From: the human T2T-CHM13v2.0 reference genome, Homo sapiens
Assembly: GCF_009914755.1 (NCBI RefSeq)
Contig: NC_060942.1
Length of the DNA: 64,000 nucleotides
Strand: one strand, 5' to 3'
The notes under the pieces are model-generated. The model did no database searches. It worked only from the letters and a program-made list of their open reading frames with translations, and had not been told where the DNA came from. A program made the position numbers and the translations under genes. Shown piece by piece: positions 40,721 through 57,175 of this stretch. Position 1 is the stretch's first letter. Every line of letters begins with the position of its first letter.

Positions 40721-41807
40721 GTTCATGTATCACCATTTTAGGCCCCAGTCCCATTGGCCTGTATTTCATATTCAGCTCAGAATATTAGAGTATGGTCTTC
40801 AAAGGATCCATGTAAAAGCAGACCTGGTGTGCTGACCCCTGCTTTATTTAAAGGTCTCATGCCATAGACTTCCTCCCAGCCTCCCAGCCCCACAAATGCA
40901 TGATCACAAGCATACAACAGAAAAGTATTTGAAGGACCTAGAATGGAGCAGTTCAAAACTTCTTCCATGTTAGAAACATGAGTTGGGGGTCATACCTGAC
41001 ACAAAGGGACATCTCTACAGGAGGGAAAAATATTCTTTTACAGATAAAGAAACTGAGTAGAAGAGAAGTGCGGTCGCATCCCATAAGTCACAGAGATACA
41101 ACAAGCACCCAATCTGCAAACTAGGTATCCTGAGGACAAGTCCAAGGTTCTTGCCTCGTACAGAAAGTTCTATGTAAGAAGGTAAGAGCAAGATTCATGG
41201 ATAAAGAAGTTGATGTTCCCATGGGCCAGTTGGAATGGATACTCAGGTCTCCCTGCAGTTAGGCCCCCTGGTCACCATGTGCCTTGCTTCTCTCCCTGAC
41301 AGGTGCCTGTGAATGCGCTATAGAGAATCCTAGGAGTTCCCCTCTACTAGACTAGGAACAGGCTTCAAAACAAATCCACAAATATGGAGTTCCAGCATTT
41401 TCACTTGATTTGAAAAGCGATGTTTCTCAGCCACTTCAAAGTTTTTTGCCTCCCTATCATCAGCCTTCAGGTGAGACCACATGGATGTCTCACCCTCACC
41501 CTCGACCTTAGGTAATCTCATGTTCTGTAGTTCCTTAACTTCCCTCACTAAAGTTTCTCCTGTAAACTGAGCGGATGCATAGGATAGGCTGCAAGCTTTC
41601 ACATGTAGTGGAGAGTGCTCCAGATTTGTAGTCACAGCTTTGCAATTCCAGCTGTCCCACTTCCCAACTATGACTACAGGCAAGTTCCTGAATCTCTCAG
41701 AGCTGCACTTCCTCTATTTCAGCACGGCGGAAAGATGCCTAACTTGCATTGCTCTTCCATCAGTGATAGTGTAGCCAGGCATGCTTAGCCTTGCGGTCTA
41801 CCCGTGA

Positions 41808-41830
41808 CAGATAGATAAACAGATGATAGT

Positions 41831-41882
<52 letters not shown>

Positions 41883-41899
41883 GAGATAGATAGATAGAT

Positions 41900-41943
<44 letters not shown>
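41808..41943. repeat. Compound tetranucleotide STR, core (TAGA)13 GAGA (TAGA)3 TGA (TAGA)10
   Basis: Counted from 41831 to 41941. Confidence 0.97.
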
Positions 41944-42877
41944 CTGACCTTTTGCAACTTTATGCTATGGTTTAATAAGTGGTGCTAGATGATGCTAAAG
42001 GTACAACAGACTTTCACATCCTACTGCTTCAAAGGAGTGGTCCAGCTTATTTAACAGCCTCATCTTAAAACTACATGTAGCAGAGACAACACCCTAAACT
42101 TAGGTCTATAGCTTAAACCTTTATTCACAATTAATGTATGACCCAAGTTTAACTGTTCATAGCTTATACAAAAACAGGGTTGTTTGGTTAACAGAAAGGA
42201 AAGCTTTATGCCAAGACACCTCCCTCCCACAAAAAGAGAAGAAAATGCCACTTGGAAGCGAATTTAATAAAGATATGTTAAGTTGGGCACATCTGCTTCC
42301 ATTCCATGTCAAGAAATTACAGTCTGCACTTGCATTCGGCAATTTATTCTTTTTCTAAAAGTTTCTTTGCTGTCATGTACAGACTATGTTTAGGGTTTAG
42401 TGTTTCAAGATGGTTTTGCTGTATAGGAAATGAAAACAGCTATGGGGTATAGAGAATCTATTAATCTTTTGCATTTCTAGGACTGGAATTTCCTTTGCTC
42501 TTTTTGAATAATACAATTGTTTTAACCACTTTTTTCACAAATTCTGAATCAGGGTATTGTTTCCTGGTGCTAAGTTAAAAACCCGTCATCAGCAGTTCAG
42601 AAAATCTTTGAAACATCCCCGAGTAACATGGTGTCACTATACCCTGAAAAGGTCTTTGGCCTTTGTTTCCAACACCAGCTCAGTGCCCCAGTTGGCTTTG
42701 GGCAAGACACTGAGCCACATTCTGCCTTAGATTGATTGTCTACCACAAGAGAACCTTGGGGCTCCATCCATGCTATCTAGCCTAGTGTTGACATTCTACT
42801 CTCTATAGTGTGGGATTCATAAGGCAGCCAAAGTTTTGCAACTTCTTTTTTTCTGACCATTAAAAAATCTAATCATT

Positions 42878-43254
42878 TGATATAGTTTGGCTGTGTGTTC
42901 CCACCCAAATCTCACCTTGAATTTTAGTTCCCGTAATCCCCACGTGTCATGGGAGGGACCTGGTGGGAGGTAATTTAATCATGGGGACCATTACCCTCAT
43001 GCTGTTCTTGTGATAATGAGTGAGTTCTCACGAAATCTGATGGTTTTATAAGGGGCCTTTCCCCCTTTTGCTCAGCACTTTTCCTTCCTGATGCCATGTG
43101 AAGAAGGACATGTTTGCTCCCCCTTAGGCCATGATTGTAAGTTTCCAGAGCCCTCCCTATCCCTATATAACTGTGAGTCAATTAAATATTTTTCCTTTAT
43201 AAATGACCCAATCTCAGGCAGTTCTTTGTAGCAGTGTGAGAATGGACTAATACG
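42878..43254 (+). mobile_element. THE1D-like solo LTR
   Basis: TGATATAGTTTGGCTGTGT...CCCACCCAAATCTCACCTTGAATT...GAGAATGGACTAATAC. Confidence 0.88.
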
Positions 43255-43619
43255 TAGTTCAATATATTTTATCAAAGCATTCTTAACTTAGTTTTATATC
43301 TGTTTACCTCTATGGAATTGAGTTTATGACATTCTACTAGTAACAATAGAAACAAGTCTATGTAGTTGTAGATTTGAATTTAAATTTGGATACCAACTTT
43401 GGCCAAGTATGCATTGAAAGTAGGCCAAAGGAAAATGCCTACCCAATCTGTCTCAAAAATGATGCAATTTGAGGCAGACCTGGAATTTTTTTTTTTTTTT
43501 TTGAGTGTCTATGTGCTCAGCTTTGGACAAGTCTAGACCCCTTCACTGGTTGCATCAGCTTGAATAAGCTGCTTAGGCTTTCTGCAGATCCATTTTTTTC
43601 TGAAAAAGAAAACAAAAAA

Positions 43620-44058
43620 GGTTATTAAGATATAATTGGTATAACACACAATTCATCCACTTAAGTGTTAAAGTCAATGTTTTTTGGTATATTTACAGGA
43701 TTGTGCAAACATCACCACAATCAATTTTAAAACATTTTTATCCCCTCTGAAAGAAATCCTGTACACATGAGCTACTTGCATTTCCACAAATCCTCCTCCC
43801 TAGGCCCTGGAAACCACTAATCTACTTTCTGTCTCTTTAGATTTCTCTATCCTGGGAATTTCATATAAGTGGAATCATATGATATATGACGTTTTATGAC
43901 TGGCTTATTTCACTTAATGTAATGTTTTTAAGGTGCATCTATGTCCTAGCATGCATCAGTACTTCATTCCATTTTATGGCTGAACTGATGGACATTTGAG
44001 TTGTTTCCACTTTTTTGGCTTTTATGAATAGTGCTACTATGAACATTCATGCACAAGT
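43620..44058 (-). mobile_element. Old L1M (L1MB/MC-like) 3' end fragment
   Basis: AACCACTAATCTACTTTCTGTCTCT...GGAATCATA...GACTGGCTTATTTCACTTA...GATGGACATTTGAGTTGTTTCCAC. Confidence 0.8.
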
Positions 44059-44367
44059 CAGCACATCCATTTTTGCATCTACAAAATTGTTTTTCTCACA
44101 TGGCTATTTTGATTATTGGTTGATTTATGTAAAAACACTGGATGAATTATTTGAAAGACAAATTCATCAGCTCCCATATCATCACCTGATTTTCTGTACT
44201 TCCTTGATGATTCCACCTTTGCTCCAGGAACTCAGGAATTTTCAATCTTTGGATTGTCCCTTAATTTTGCACTCTGTGCTCAATCAGTTTCTGAATTCTT
44301 TTAATATCTGGGACATATCTTGAATCCATGCTTTCTTTTCTTTCTTCATGGTTGTCTCTTAAATTCA

Positions 44368-44679
<312 letters not shown>

Positions 44680-45652
44680 CAAAGCATCATTTTTTTCTAA
44701 CTGAATATTGAGTCACTCCACTCCCCAAGTTCCCTTTCTTTCTTCTTTTTTTTTTTTTTACCACAAATCTTTAGTCCTGATTATCAAGTATGTTAAATCT
44801 TAATGACTCCTTTGCCCAAACTGAAAGGTTCACTATACTAAATCTTTTACCAAGTGCAAAATTTGCAAGCCACAAACTTAGGTACATAAAAGCTATAAAT
44901 TTGATGATTTTTCTATGAATGAACTTAAATTATCTTTTAAGCCGCCATTTAGTCTACTGACAAAATCTAGCTATAACTAGGTAAATTCAGACACACTGGT
45001 AATGTCTCAGTCCTTTCGGCTTTGAAATCAGTGTCTTAAGGTTTGGCCTCTCCTCACCTTTCCTCTTGGCTGGCAGAGACTTACATGGCATTGAGTGAGG
45101 AGGGGGCCACATCTAGCCCACAGATAACCTCTATGTCCACAACCCTACTAAGATGTCTCCTGTACCATTTGCTCTCAGCCACTTCCACACCCATCTTTTA
45201 GCCTTTCCTGCTTAGAACTGGCTACTGTCCATCCTTCTCTAAGCCCACAACCCATATTGTCATGAAAGGCTTCTCTACAAGGCCTGTTGCCCTTTCAACT
45301 TCCGAGGCAGTGAGTCACCTGACCATTTGTCTGAGATTTCTATTGTCCAGCCCCCACCTCCTCCCCAGGTTGGTGGGAAGGAGTAGCACCCCTTCACAAG
45401 GAAGAGGCCACATTTTAGCTGCCTTTGCTGTCTCCTTAGCTCCTCCTCTACCAGCTCTGTCAACCTCTGTTGGGGCTATGCAGACAGGCCATTGGACTTT
45501 TTACCAATTTTCTTTTCTGTAAGTTTTTCTTCTATTATCAATTGAAGGCTCCTATTCTTTCAGGTGTTTCGTTTTTCAAAACACCCATCTCTTGGGAATT
45601 CAGAGCTGTGGATCTCAAGTCTTTTCTATGAGTCTCAAAAGCCCTCTTTGGA

Positions 45653-45730
45653 CTCCCATCCAAGCACTAATCAGGCCCCAACCTGCTTACCTTTGAGATT
45701 GGGTGCATTCAGGCTGGTAGGTCGGTAGAC
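45653..45730 (-). pseudogene. 5S rRNA retropseudogene, 3'-truncated (about nt 1-89)
   Basis: Reverse complement GTCTACCGACCTACCAGCCTGAATGCACCCAATCTC...AAGCAGGTTGGGGCCTGATTAGTGCTTGGATGGGAG aligns to mammalian 5S rRNA, with a ~10-nt deletion between the two ATCTC repeats. Confidence 0.88.
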
Positions 45731-48674
45731 ACCAGGAGCCCTTTTGGAATGGCTAGTTCTCAGGCCCACTTCATTCCAAACACTGTGCTCCTAACAATTA
45801 TGGTAAGCTGTCTCCTGCATTCTGGAGGGTGTCAAGAGCTGAAACCCAACAGCCAACACTGTAGGACTCTCCAGAGCCTGTTGGGGTACAGGAGAAGCAG
45901 GAGGGAACTCCTGGTCAAAGTAGCTCTTCCAGTTATATAAAAGTCACTATCTTTTTATGTTTAGAGCCAGTGGTACTCTGACCCTGTCTTGCCAGGCTGT
46001 CTGATTTGAAGAGCCTTTACTGATCTCTGATTTGGCTTTTTCTCTGCAGTAAACCCTTTGGAAGGTCAGCAAGGGCTCCAAAGAGGACTGTCATATCTTA
46101 GAACACTCCAGCACTAGGTCTGCCTCTGCTGGTGCCTCTAAGAGCTGGGCAAGGGTCTTGGGGACCAAATCCCTGATGGTTAACCCAGGAAAGTGAAAGC
46201 ACGGGGTGTGTAGTACATTCTCAGGAAAGACATGTAGCAAAAACTCATTGTAAATATTAAAATTTGAAGATAAAAAGAAGTTATCACAAGAAGACCCCAT
46301 TGTTTTCACTGAGACAAAAGTAGACAAAAGTTGAATCCAAGTTCACTGTCTGTCCTCTGAGGAAAGAATAATTAAATATAAGTAGAAAGTAAAAGGACAT
46401 GATAGTCAATTCCATAAAGAGGAAATAAGAAAGCCATGTAAGATTTTTAGCATTTTTTTTTAACTGGCTACTTTATGCTATTAATGGAAAAAGATAAAGG
46501 CTATAATTGCCTATAATCATCGTTGTGAATTCAGAAACTCAAGCTTCTGGTGAAGTTGGGTTTCTGAATATTCAAGTTCTTGCTGCTATCTTAAAATGGG
46601 AAGGATCTGAACTGATTGGAGCAAGTGAAGAAAAAATTTTAAAATGTTTTTTTTCCCCTCTGTGTGTCCTTCTAACTTCTAACATAATTAAAAGGATGAG
46701 TTTATTTGGCAAGAAGTGCTGCTCAAATTTAGATTTGGTTCTCTCAAAGAAAGAGACCAAAATTGATTTTTTTTCCCCAGAGTTAGAGAAAAATGAAGCA
46801 CAAAGATGATATATTTTGCATATTTATTTGCAAAAGATACAATATTCTTATGCATATATATATATATATATTTTTGTCTTGAATATGGGTCGTTGTAAAA
46901 GGAAAGTCATCTTGCAGGATTACTTTATTTGGTTGTATCCCTTTAAAGACTTAAGAGCAACTTTTTATCCATATTATCTTGTGATAAATCCCCTGAAATT
47001 CCCTGCTAAAACAAGCCCCACTGATAGCAGATCAACAGGCTCAGCCTTCTTAAGTTTTATTTTGATTAATCTCTAATTCATTTTAATGACCGACTCCTTT
47101 ATTCTTTCTGATGCTGGAATTTCTTATCATCTTAATATGCTTACATCTTAATCCACTCATTTCTTCCTTGGTTGACCATAGCCTGCACGGTTTCTGGAAG
47201 CTTCTTTTCTTCTCCATCAGCTCACTATCTGCTGAACATACCCTTGGAGAATTTGCTTTGGCTTAGTATTTTGGGCACTTAGCTTCAATCTCTGTAGGTT
47301 TCTAGTTTGAAGAAATCACTTTATTGGGCTTTTTTTAAATTTTAGTTTTTAGTTTTGTGAAACATTTAATATGCTCATTCCTGCATTTGTGTTTAATTGT
47401 CCTTTTCCTAAGGGACCACGTTTCTCCCCAGTTAATGTCTAATGGCCCATTTTCAGGGGCATCTGCACCACAGAGGCAGCAGCTGATTTAGATTACACCA
47501 GAATTTTCTCAGCAGGAACTTCCATTGACCTAAGCATCCCTTTCACAACACTGTCCCTAGCACAGCTACAAGCCAGTGGCCATCCGGGCCCTCAGCCTCC
47601 TTGCTTTAATGAGCTGCTACTTATAATTATTTTAAACATTATTTTAATTGCTTGAAGCCATTAAAAACATACACTCAGCATTTGTGCATTTTTGAAAGAA
47701 TTGCCAGAGTCTCCTCAGACCAACATTTCCACTGACACAATATGACTTAGAGGGAACATCAAAGGCTTGCAAAGGAGACCACTGAAAAGCATTCTTGCTT
47801 CTCCACCCATCAGGGCTCAACATTGTCTAAAAATAATGTGATGTCCACAAATTGCTGGCTAACTGCAGATCTTGTGAACTTTGGCAAAGTTGGCTAGTGC
47901 AAAGTCTGAGGAATTGGGGGTTTGCTACTTTTAGGGAAGAAAACCATGGGGCCCCTTTGCTAAGATGTTGGCCTCACATTACATTACAAAAGAAGCAATA
48001 GAGTTGTGATCCAAAATCTGTACTTAAAGCATTGGGTTCACTCTCTAAGGCTTTGAAGGAATTTAAATGTGTCTCTAGGAGAAATGCATGAAATTCTAGT
48101 ATGACTAGCTTGGATCTGATTTCGAATTTGGAAAATGGGATACAATATGCAAGGACACCTTCTGGAAGGTTCCAAATCTTCACAGAAATTTCAGCTTGAC
48201 ATAGCTAATTGTGGGAAGAAGGATTATGAAGGAACCATTTTGTATGCCTAGCATGTAACTCAATACTTGGCAATACGTAGTAGTTAAATGGGTAAATGAA
48301 TAAATGATTGAATGAGCTAAAGTGTGCAACAACTTAGTGCAAACTGAAAATCAAACTAGTTGTGAATTTATCAACATGCCTATTTTTTCTTGCTTTCCTC
48401 CCTTATTTGGAGTAGTAGTAGACCTCTCCCTACCCACAATTTAGCCCTCTACCAATAACCTGGACCCTATCCACCCCTACTAGATCAAAACCTTACTCTA
48501 AGAATGAATCTTTTCCCCCTGCATCTTCAATGGCTCCCTCTCTCATGTTCACATTCTATGAAGTCTACTCCCTTAATTTCTCTCACTGCTACTGCCTTCT
48601 CTGGGACTTCCTTATCTGTCCATTTCAACTATTTCAATGTCTCCTAAATAAGCAGCAGCTCCGAGACTGTAACC

Positions 48675-49115
48675 AGGATCCGGTTTCTTTCTCTGTCCTT
48701 CTCAGCTCTGCCTCTTTGGTGTTGGTTTCATTCTTCACAGGCTCTTCCCTTAGAGTCACAAGTGGCTGCTAGCAGATCTCCAGGCACTTCTGTCCTTGTC
48801 CCATCTAGTAGGAAAAAGGAAGCATTCTCCCCAGTATCTCCAGGAAAATATGGACAAGTTTTTCTTTCACAGGTGTTCCATCAAATACTTTCCCTTATCT
48901 CTATCTCTGCTCTGCTCATTCTTTAATCCCTGTGGCCAAGGAGGGGTAGGATACACTTACTGTTTTGAGCCAATCAGGCATCACCCCTAAAAGTAGAACT
49001 AGGGACAACAGTGAGCAAACTCACACAGAGAAGAGGGGACAGGCAAATTCCCCAACAGGAAGAAAGGTTATGTGGATGGGAGAAGGAGGAGGGATGCTTG
49101 GGAGGCCAACAAAAT
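48675..49115 (-). mobile_element. Old MLT1 LTR (MLT1K/L-like)
   Basis: TCTCAGCTCTGCCT...GGCTGCTAGCAG...TGTGGCCAAGG...GAGCCAATCAG...GGATGCTTGGGAGGCCAACAAA. Confidence 0.5.
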
Positions 49116-50954
49116 TATCTAGCGCAGGCGTCGACAGGATAGGATTGATGGTAGGGTCTAAGACCAGAAGTTTGTTTAGATAGAAATGGCAAGAAAGAAG
49201 CCACAGCCAGAAGAGTTAGTAAAGGTTGAAACAGCAGTCAGAGTCTATTAGCCAGAGCGTGTAATAAATCAAGTTGCTGTGTGGAGAATGGGTTAGCCTG
49301 AAATGGTGAGTGGAGCCATGCAGGGATCCTTGGCTGGAACAGTTGGCCAAGGAGGAAAAGTATTAGTCCAGTTGGCTGTACCTCCTGCCTTCTGACGGGA
49401 ATGTGAGAAGCAGGCAGGCAATTGATTTCCTCTCCAATGGGAAAACAACAGCAGCAAGTTATCGAGCAATTTTCAAATGATCATGTACAGTGAGCTGGCA
49501 GCTAAGGCAAGTCCAGCATGACTGCTTCTTATCTCCCAGGTAAATGGACTTAATGTCTTTGTCAGAAAGGGGTGAATTCAGAGCTTTTCAAAAAACATGC
49601 AATGTGATCCATTATTTATCAAATATATTTATGTTTTAGATCTCATATATATCTAAACTGTTATATAATGTTATATAATAACAATTATTTAATAATTGAT
49701 CTGTCTGTAAACTTTCGCTAAGAAACTAAAACATTTAATAAGATAATTTGTCACTTATTTCCTCTTCTGCTAGATAGGGCCCTATATTATATTTTAAAAA
49801 TGAAAATGCTGAAAAAACTCAGGGGTGGAAGAAAGATCTAGACTGGTACTCTCTTCATCAACGCCAGTAACTGAAATCAGTACAATATGTATTTACTTTC
49901 TATCAACTTTAACAATCCTTCTAGCCCTAATAAAAGGCAAAGGAAAGATTCAGGAACCTGAAGGTTTGGAGGAGACTTGGCTGTTTGAAATGAGCAAGAG
50001 GAATGAAAATCCTAAAAAAGTAGACTAGAACGACCTAATTCTTTCCTACCCACTCCAACCTACAGCATTAGTCTAGGTGGGGTGAGGTGGGAGCCTGCAA
50101 AATAACACAGCTCCTACTTCGGGTCTCAGCATGTGCTCCCAGCCCAAAATCCTCCAAAAAGAATCTGATTCCATGCTGATGGGTGAAAGATGAGAAACAC
50201 AGTAGCTTTCTGGTGGATTTCCTTATGTGTCTGTTCCCAAGCCAATTGTTTGAAGATTTTTCTTTTTTCTTTAATGTTTAGTACATCTTCTTTAGGCTTC
50301 TTGCCTTCCATGGAGGGGAATATACCCAAAGATGGTCCAAGTGGCTGGGCACTTAACTTTTCATTCTACCGAGTCCTTTGTTTCATTTTAGCCAAAGATC
50401 AGCATTGATCTAGGTTATTCCCAGCTGTGCAACAGCTGTGCAATTCAAGAAAACCACACTGGGCTCAGAAGGCTGAGCAACTTTATTAAATTAAGGGGGA
50501 AAAGGGGGAAGGTTGGGGTTTCTTCTCTCCCTTTCAACATTTCCCAAATAATTCTGCCCAGTATTAATGACATCATGTATGGTAGAACTCAGGTTTCACA
50601 CCTCTGCAGGATTTAATGAAAGAGTTTCATTTCTATTAAGATAAAGAAGCCATACAGATGAAAACTTGCTCATGCTGTTTTAGAAATGGAGTGGGGATGG
50701 AAAAAACTTTTCATCTGTTCCAGCATGCAGGCAAACTCTCAGCAGACAATCTCTTTTTCCCCCAAAGTCAGAGACTAGATGGGCTCTTTAAAGAACTGAA
50801 TTTAGAGATTGAAAGAGTGCCCTTCAAATTGCCAAGAATTTATGGTAGGCAGACTACCTTAGCGCCCTAGTAAAATGCTCCTTTCTGGGTCCAAAATACT
50901 TGGGAAAGTTTTAGAAAGGGCCTTTCTAATGTACTTGATTAATAAACCCATTAG

Positions 50955-51248
50955 GGCCCAGGAGTGGTAGCTCACGCTTATAATCCCAGCACTTTGGGAG
51001 TCCAAGTCAGGCAGATTACTTGAGGCCAGGAGTTCAAGACAAAATGGAGAAACCCCACCTCTACAAAAAATACAAAAAATAGATGGGTGTGGTGGTGCAT
51101 GCTTTCAGTCCCAGCTACTTGGGAAGCTAAGGTAGGAGAATCAACTGAGCCCAGGCGGGTCAAGGCTGCCGTGAGCCATGATCACACCACTGCACTACAG
51201 TCTGGGTGACAGAGTGAGACTCTGTCTCAAAAAAAATAAATAATAAAA
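50955..51248 (+). mobile_element. Alu (AluJ-like)
   Basis: Dimer with near-TSD AATAAACCCATTAGG / AATAAACACACTAGG. Confidence 0.9.
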
Positions 51249-52500
51249 ATAAACACACTAGGAGGTGTCTAAAGTGGATTTATGCTTTATTTGCAATCGG
51301 TTATATACAAGGTTGACACATCAAGGATATATTTGTACCAATTACTATTAACCTAAAATGAAATAAAATGTCTAACCTATAAATTTATAAAAAAGTAGTC
51401 ACTCCTCAAAAGGTAGATATTCAGCTGAATTTTTTGAATTGGATAATGCTATTATAACCAGTATAGTAAACAAGATTTTTCACACTTGAACTTCACCTGA
51501 AGTGAGAAGTACAGAGCAGACATAGTTCACAGCCTTCAAGCTATGTTGCCATCTCTGAGACCTTGGCCTACGTTTTCACATTAGCATTGGCACGTTAAAA
51601 TTGTTTCTTACTTGGCAATGTCAAACACGAACACTTGAAAATCACATGGAATATGAAATGCAATATTTTATCGGCAAAATCTCCCTTCCAATAAACTTTT
51701 GAATGAGATCATTGGAAGCTTAGGGGGGTAAGTAGAATGACTGATTATTTTCTAGGAAACAAAAATGCCATCTTTTCCATGTGAAGGCACCTTCATGGGT
51801 AAGATGCAACCTATGAGATATTTAACTAGAAGAGAGGATGGATTTGCTTCTAAACCCAACTGAAATTTGACTGGTGCTATGTGCATTGCAAGGTAGATAG
51901 CTGGATTAGGGGTGCAGCCTGTGGCTGTGGAGGAAAGGTTTTGACTGGTCCTTATAGGAAATAAGCTTGTTGCTTGGGACTAATTAATACTCATTTGTTA
52001 ATCAGTCTATGCATCTATTTTTTTTAAAAGGAAACAGCCATCTTGCTTTGAGAATCCATGACTATTTTATAAGAGAGATGTGTATAGGGTGACTCACAGC
52101 CCCGAGTTCATTTTACAGTTACCACAATGATAAAGTCATATCTTTTTCTTGTTTTGACAAGTGAAATTTCTGGTGGACAGAGGAAAACAGTAGTGAATAT
52201 CTATGTTTTCAGCCTGACTTGCAGGCTGGAGGCCATTTCAAACTATTCTAATGTATGCATCTCTCTTTCCAAGAGTTTTCTAAAAGAGAATGCTTAGGCA
52301 ATTCTTAACATTAAAAACACTTTCCTTATGTTCCCCAGTCAGCACTTATCTTTTTATTGAATGTTACTTTATTTAATCGCCAAAAAAAGTATTACTTAGT
52401 ATAATGATATACAGTCAACAGAGACTGGGTTCAACTGTATGATGATCCCAGCTTCTGCCATAAATGACCAGTCACACACCCTTTAATCATGGTTCCAGAG

Positions 52501-53752
52501 TGATTACTGCTTGGTCCTTTGGGTGGTCTGTGGATAAGTAATGAATGTGCAGGTCAGTCTGAGAATCCAGATGGACGTTGCCTCTGAACCCTCACCCACA
52601 TCTTATACACCACTTCTGAATGACTCCTACCCACCTTACAATTTTTGACATCTGTGTTTTCCAGGCCCACAGATGTTCAGCAGTCCTGATTCATTCATCT
52701 GAGTAAAATAAAATGAGTCGGGATCTCACCTAGTGTATTTGACCCTGCTCTTTGTTTCTTGTAACAAGTGTATTGCATTTGTGGATTTAAGGTTCCCTGA
52801 TGTCTCTTGGGGGTAAATTAAGGGCCAGACTGAGTGACCTGACAATCCAGGGGAAAGCTACAGGGTGGTATTCCAGGGAAAAGTAGAAGAGAAAGTCTAA
52901 ACTCAGTGATTTTCCCGTCACTAGGCAATTAGGAAAACAAAAAAAATTACCCTATGCTCAGGTAAGGAAGAAATCTGGAAGGAAGGGCTCTTGGGAAAGA
53001 TATAATTGTCTTGTTTAATAAGGCTTTCTGGTTTGAGGTCTGGTTGGGTCAAGCTGATGTCCAGGAAACTGACCAGAACTGATGAAAAAAAAATTAATTT
53101 GGTAAGAACTGTCCCATGAAGGAAGCACGTAGGAGTGGCTCAGAGGCAAAAAAGAAAAAAACCCATGAACAGAGCAGTCCACTACATCTTGCTTATTTAA
53201 GAGGCCATGAGCTACCTTCAGTGGCTCTTGGCGTTAGGGTTTCCTGATCCAGGGCTCCAGAGCCCCTGAATAAAGGTAGATATAAGCACCCCAGCATCAG
53301 GGAGGCCAGAAACAACATTGTCAATGCATCTGGATTAAACAACCTTTGTGACCAGAGCTAGAATTCTACCTTACAAAGAGACTTGCTAACGGTCCTATTC
53401 TGCTACACCAGAGCCAGGTGTGTTTCCTAGGTTTACGAGAGGAGGCAAGGCTTCAGGATGAGGATAAGAGATATCCTGGGCTTCCGGAGGCTGGAAAGGC
53501 TTATTACCTCCTCTAGCAGGAAGTTTACTTGTTTTTCCAAGAGACGAGTGATAGAAGGAAGTTGGCTTTTATTTGTTTGTAGTTGGTAAAAAACTTTGGC
53601 AGCTGATCTAGTTATCACCTGAACATTTCCTTCTTCCCATCACAATATGAGCAAGCCATGGAATGATTACTGCTTGGTGCTTTGGGTAGTCTGTGGGTAG
53701 GTAATGAGCATGCAGGTCAATGCAAAAGCCCTGATGGACATTGCCTCTGAAC
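52501..53752 (+). repeat. Dispersed direct repeat, 89 bp x2 (52501-52589 and 53664-53752)
   Basis: Ungapped manual alignment, 73/89 identical. Confidence 0.93.
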
Positions 53753-53874
53753 TCCCATGAGGAGTAAGCCACTCAAAGACTTACAAAGCAGAAGACTTCA
53801 TTGTCTTCTTTAGAAGTTCCCCTATAAGCTTAGCTCAGAAAAGCTTAGCTTAGTCTTCTTTAGAAAAACCCTCA

Positions 53875-57060
<3,186 letters not shown>

Positions 57061-57116
57061 AGAAAAACCCTCCCCTCTCCTCTGGAGCTTCCCCTCTTGT
57101 GCCCTATTATTTTGTT

Positions 57117-57164
<48 letters not shown>

Positions 57165-57175
57165 TGAGAGAGATG
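57117..57175. repeat. Compound (TG)n(AG)n microsatellite
   Basis: Direct reading. Confidence 0.95.

Noticed and set aside
47140-47303. Minus-strand exon-like segment (AKANSPR...NEWIK, donor GTAAGC)
   Set aside because: An in-frame TAA lies just upstream inside the putative exon, and no protein similarity is recognised.
50422-50443. 11-bp tandem CAGCTGTGCAA x2, and similar micro-duplications near 6913, 32102, 49660 and 63630
   Set aside because: Ordinary slippage duplications with no further structure.
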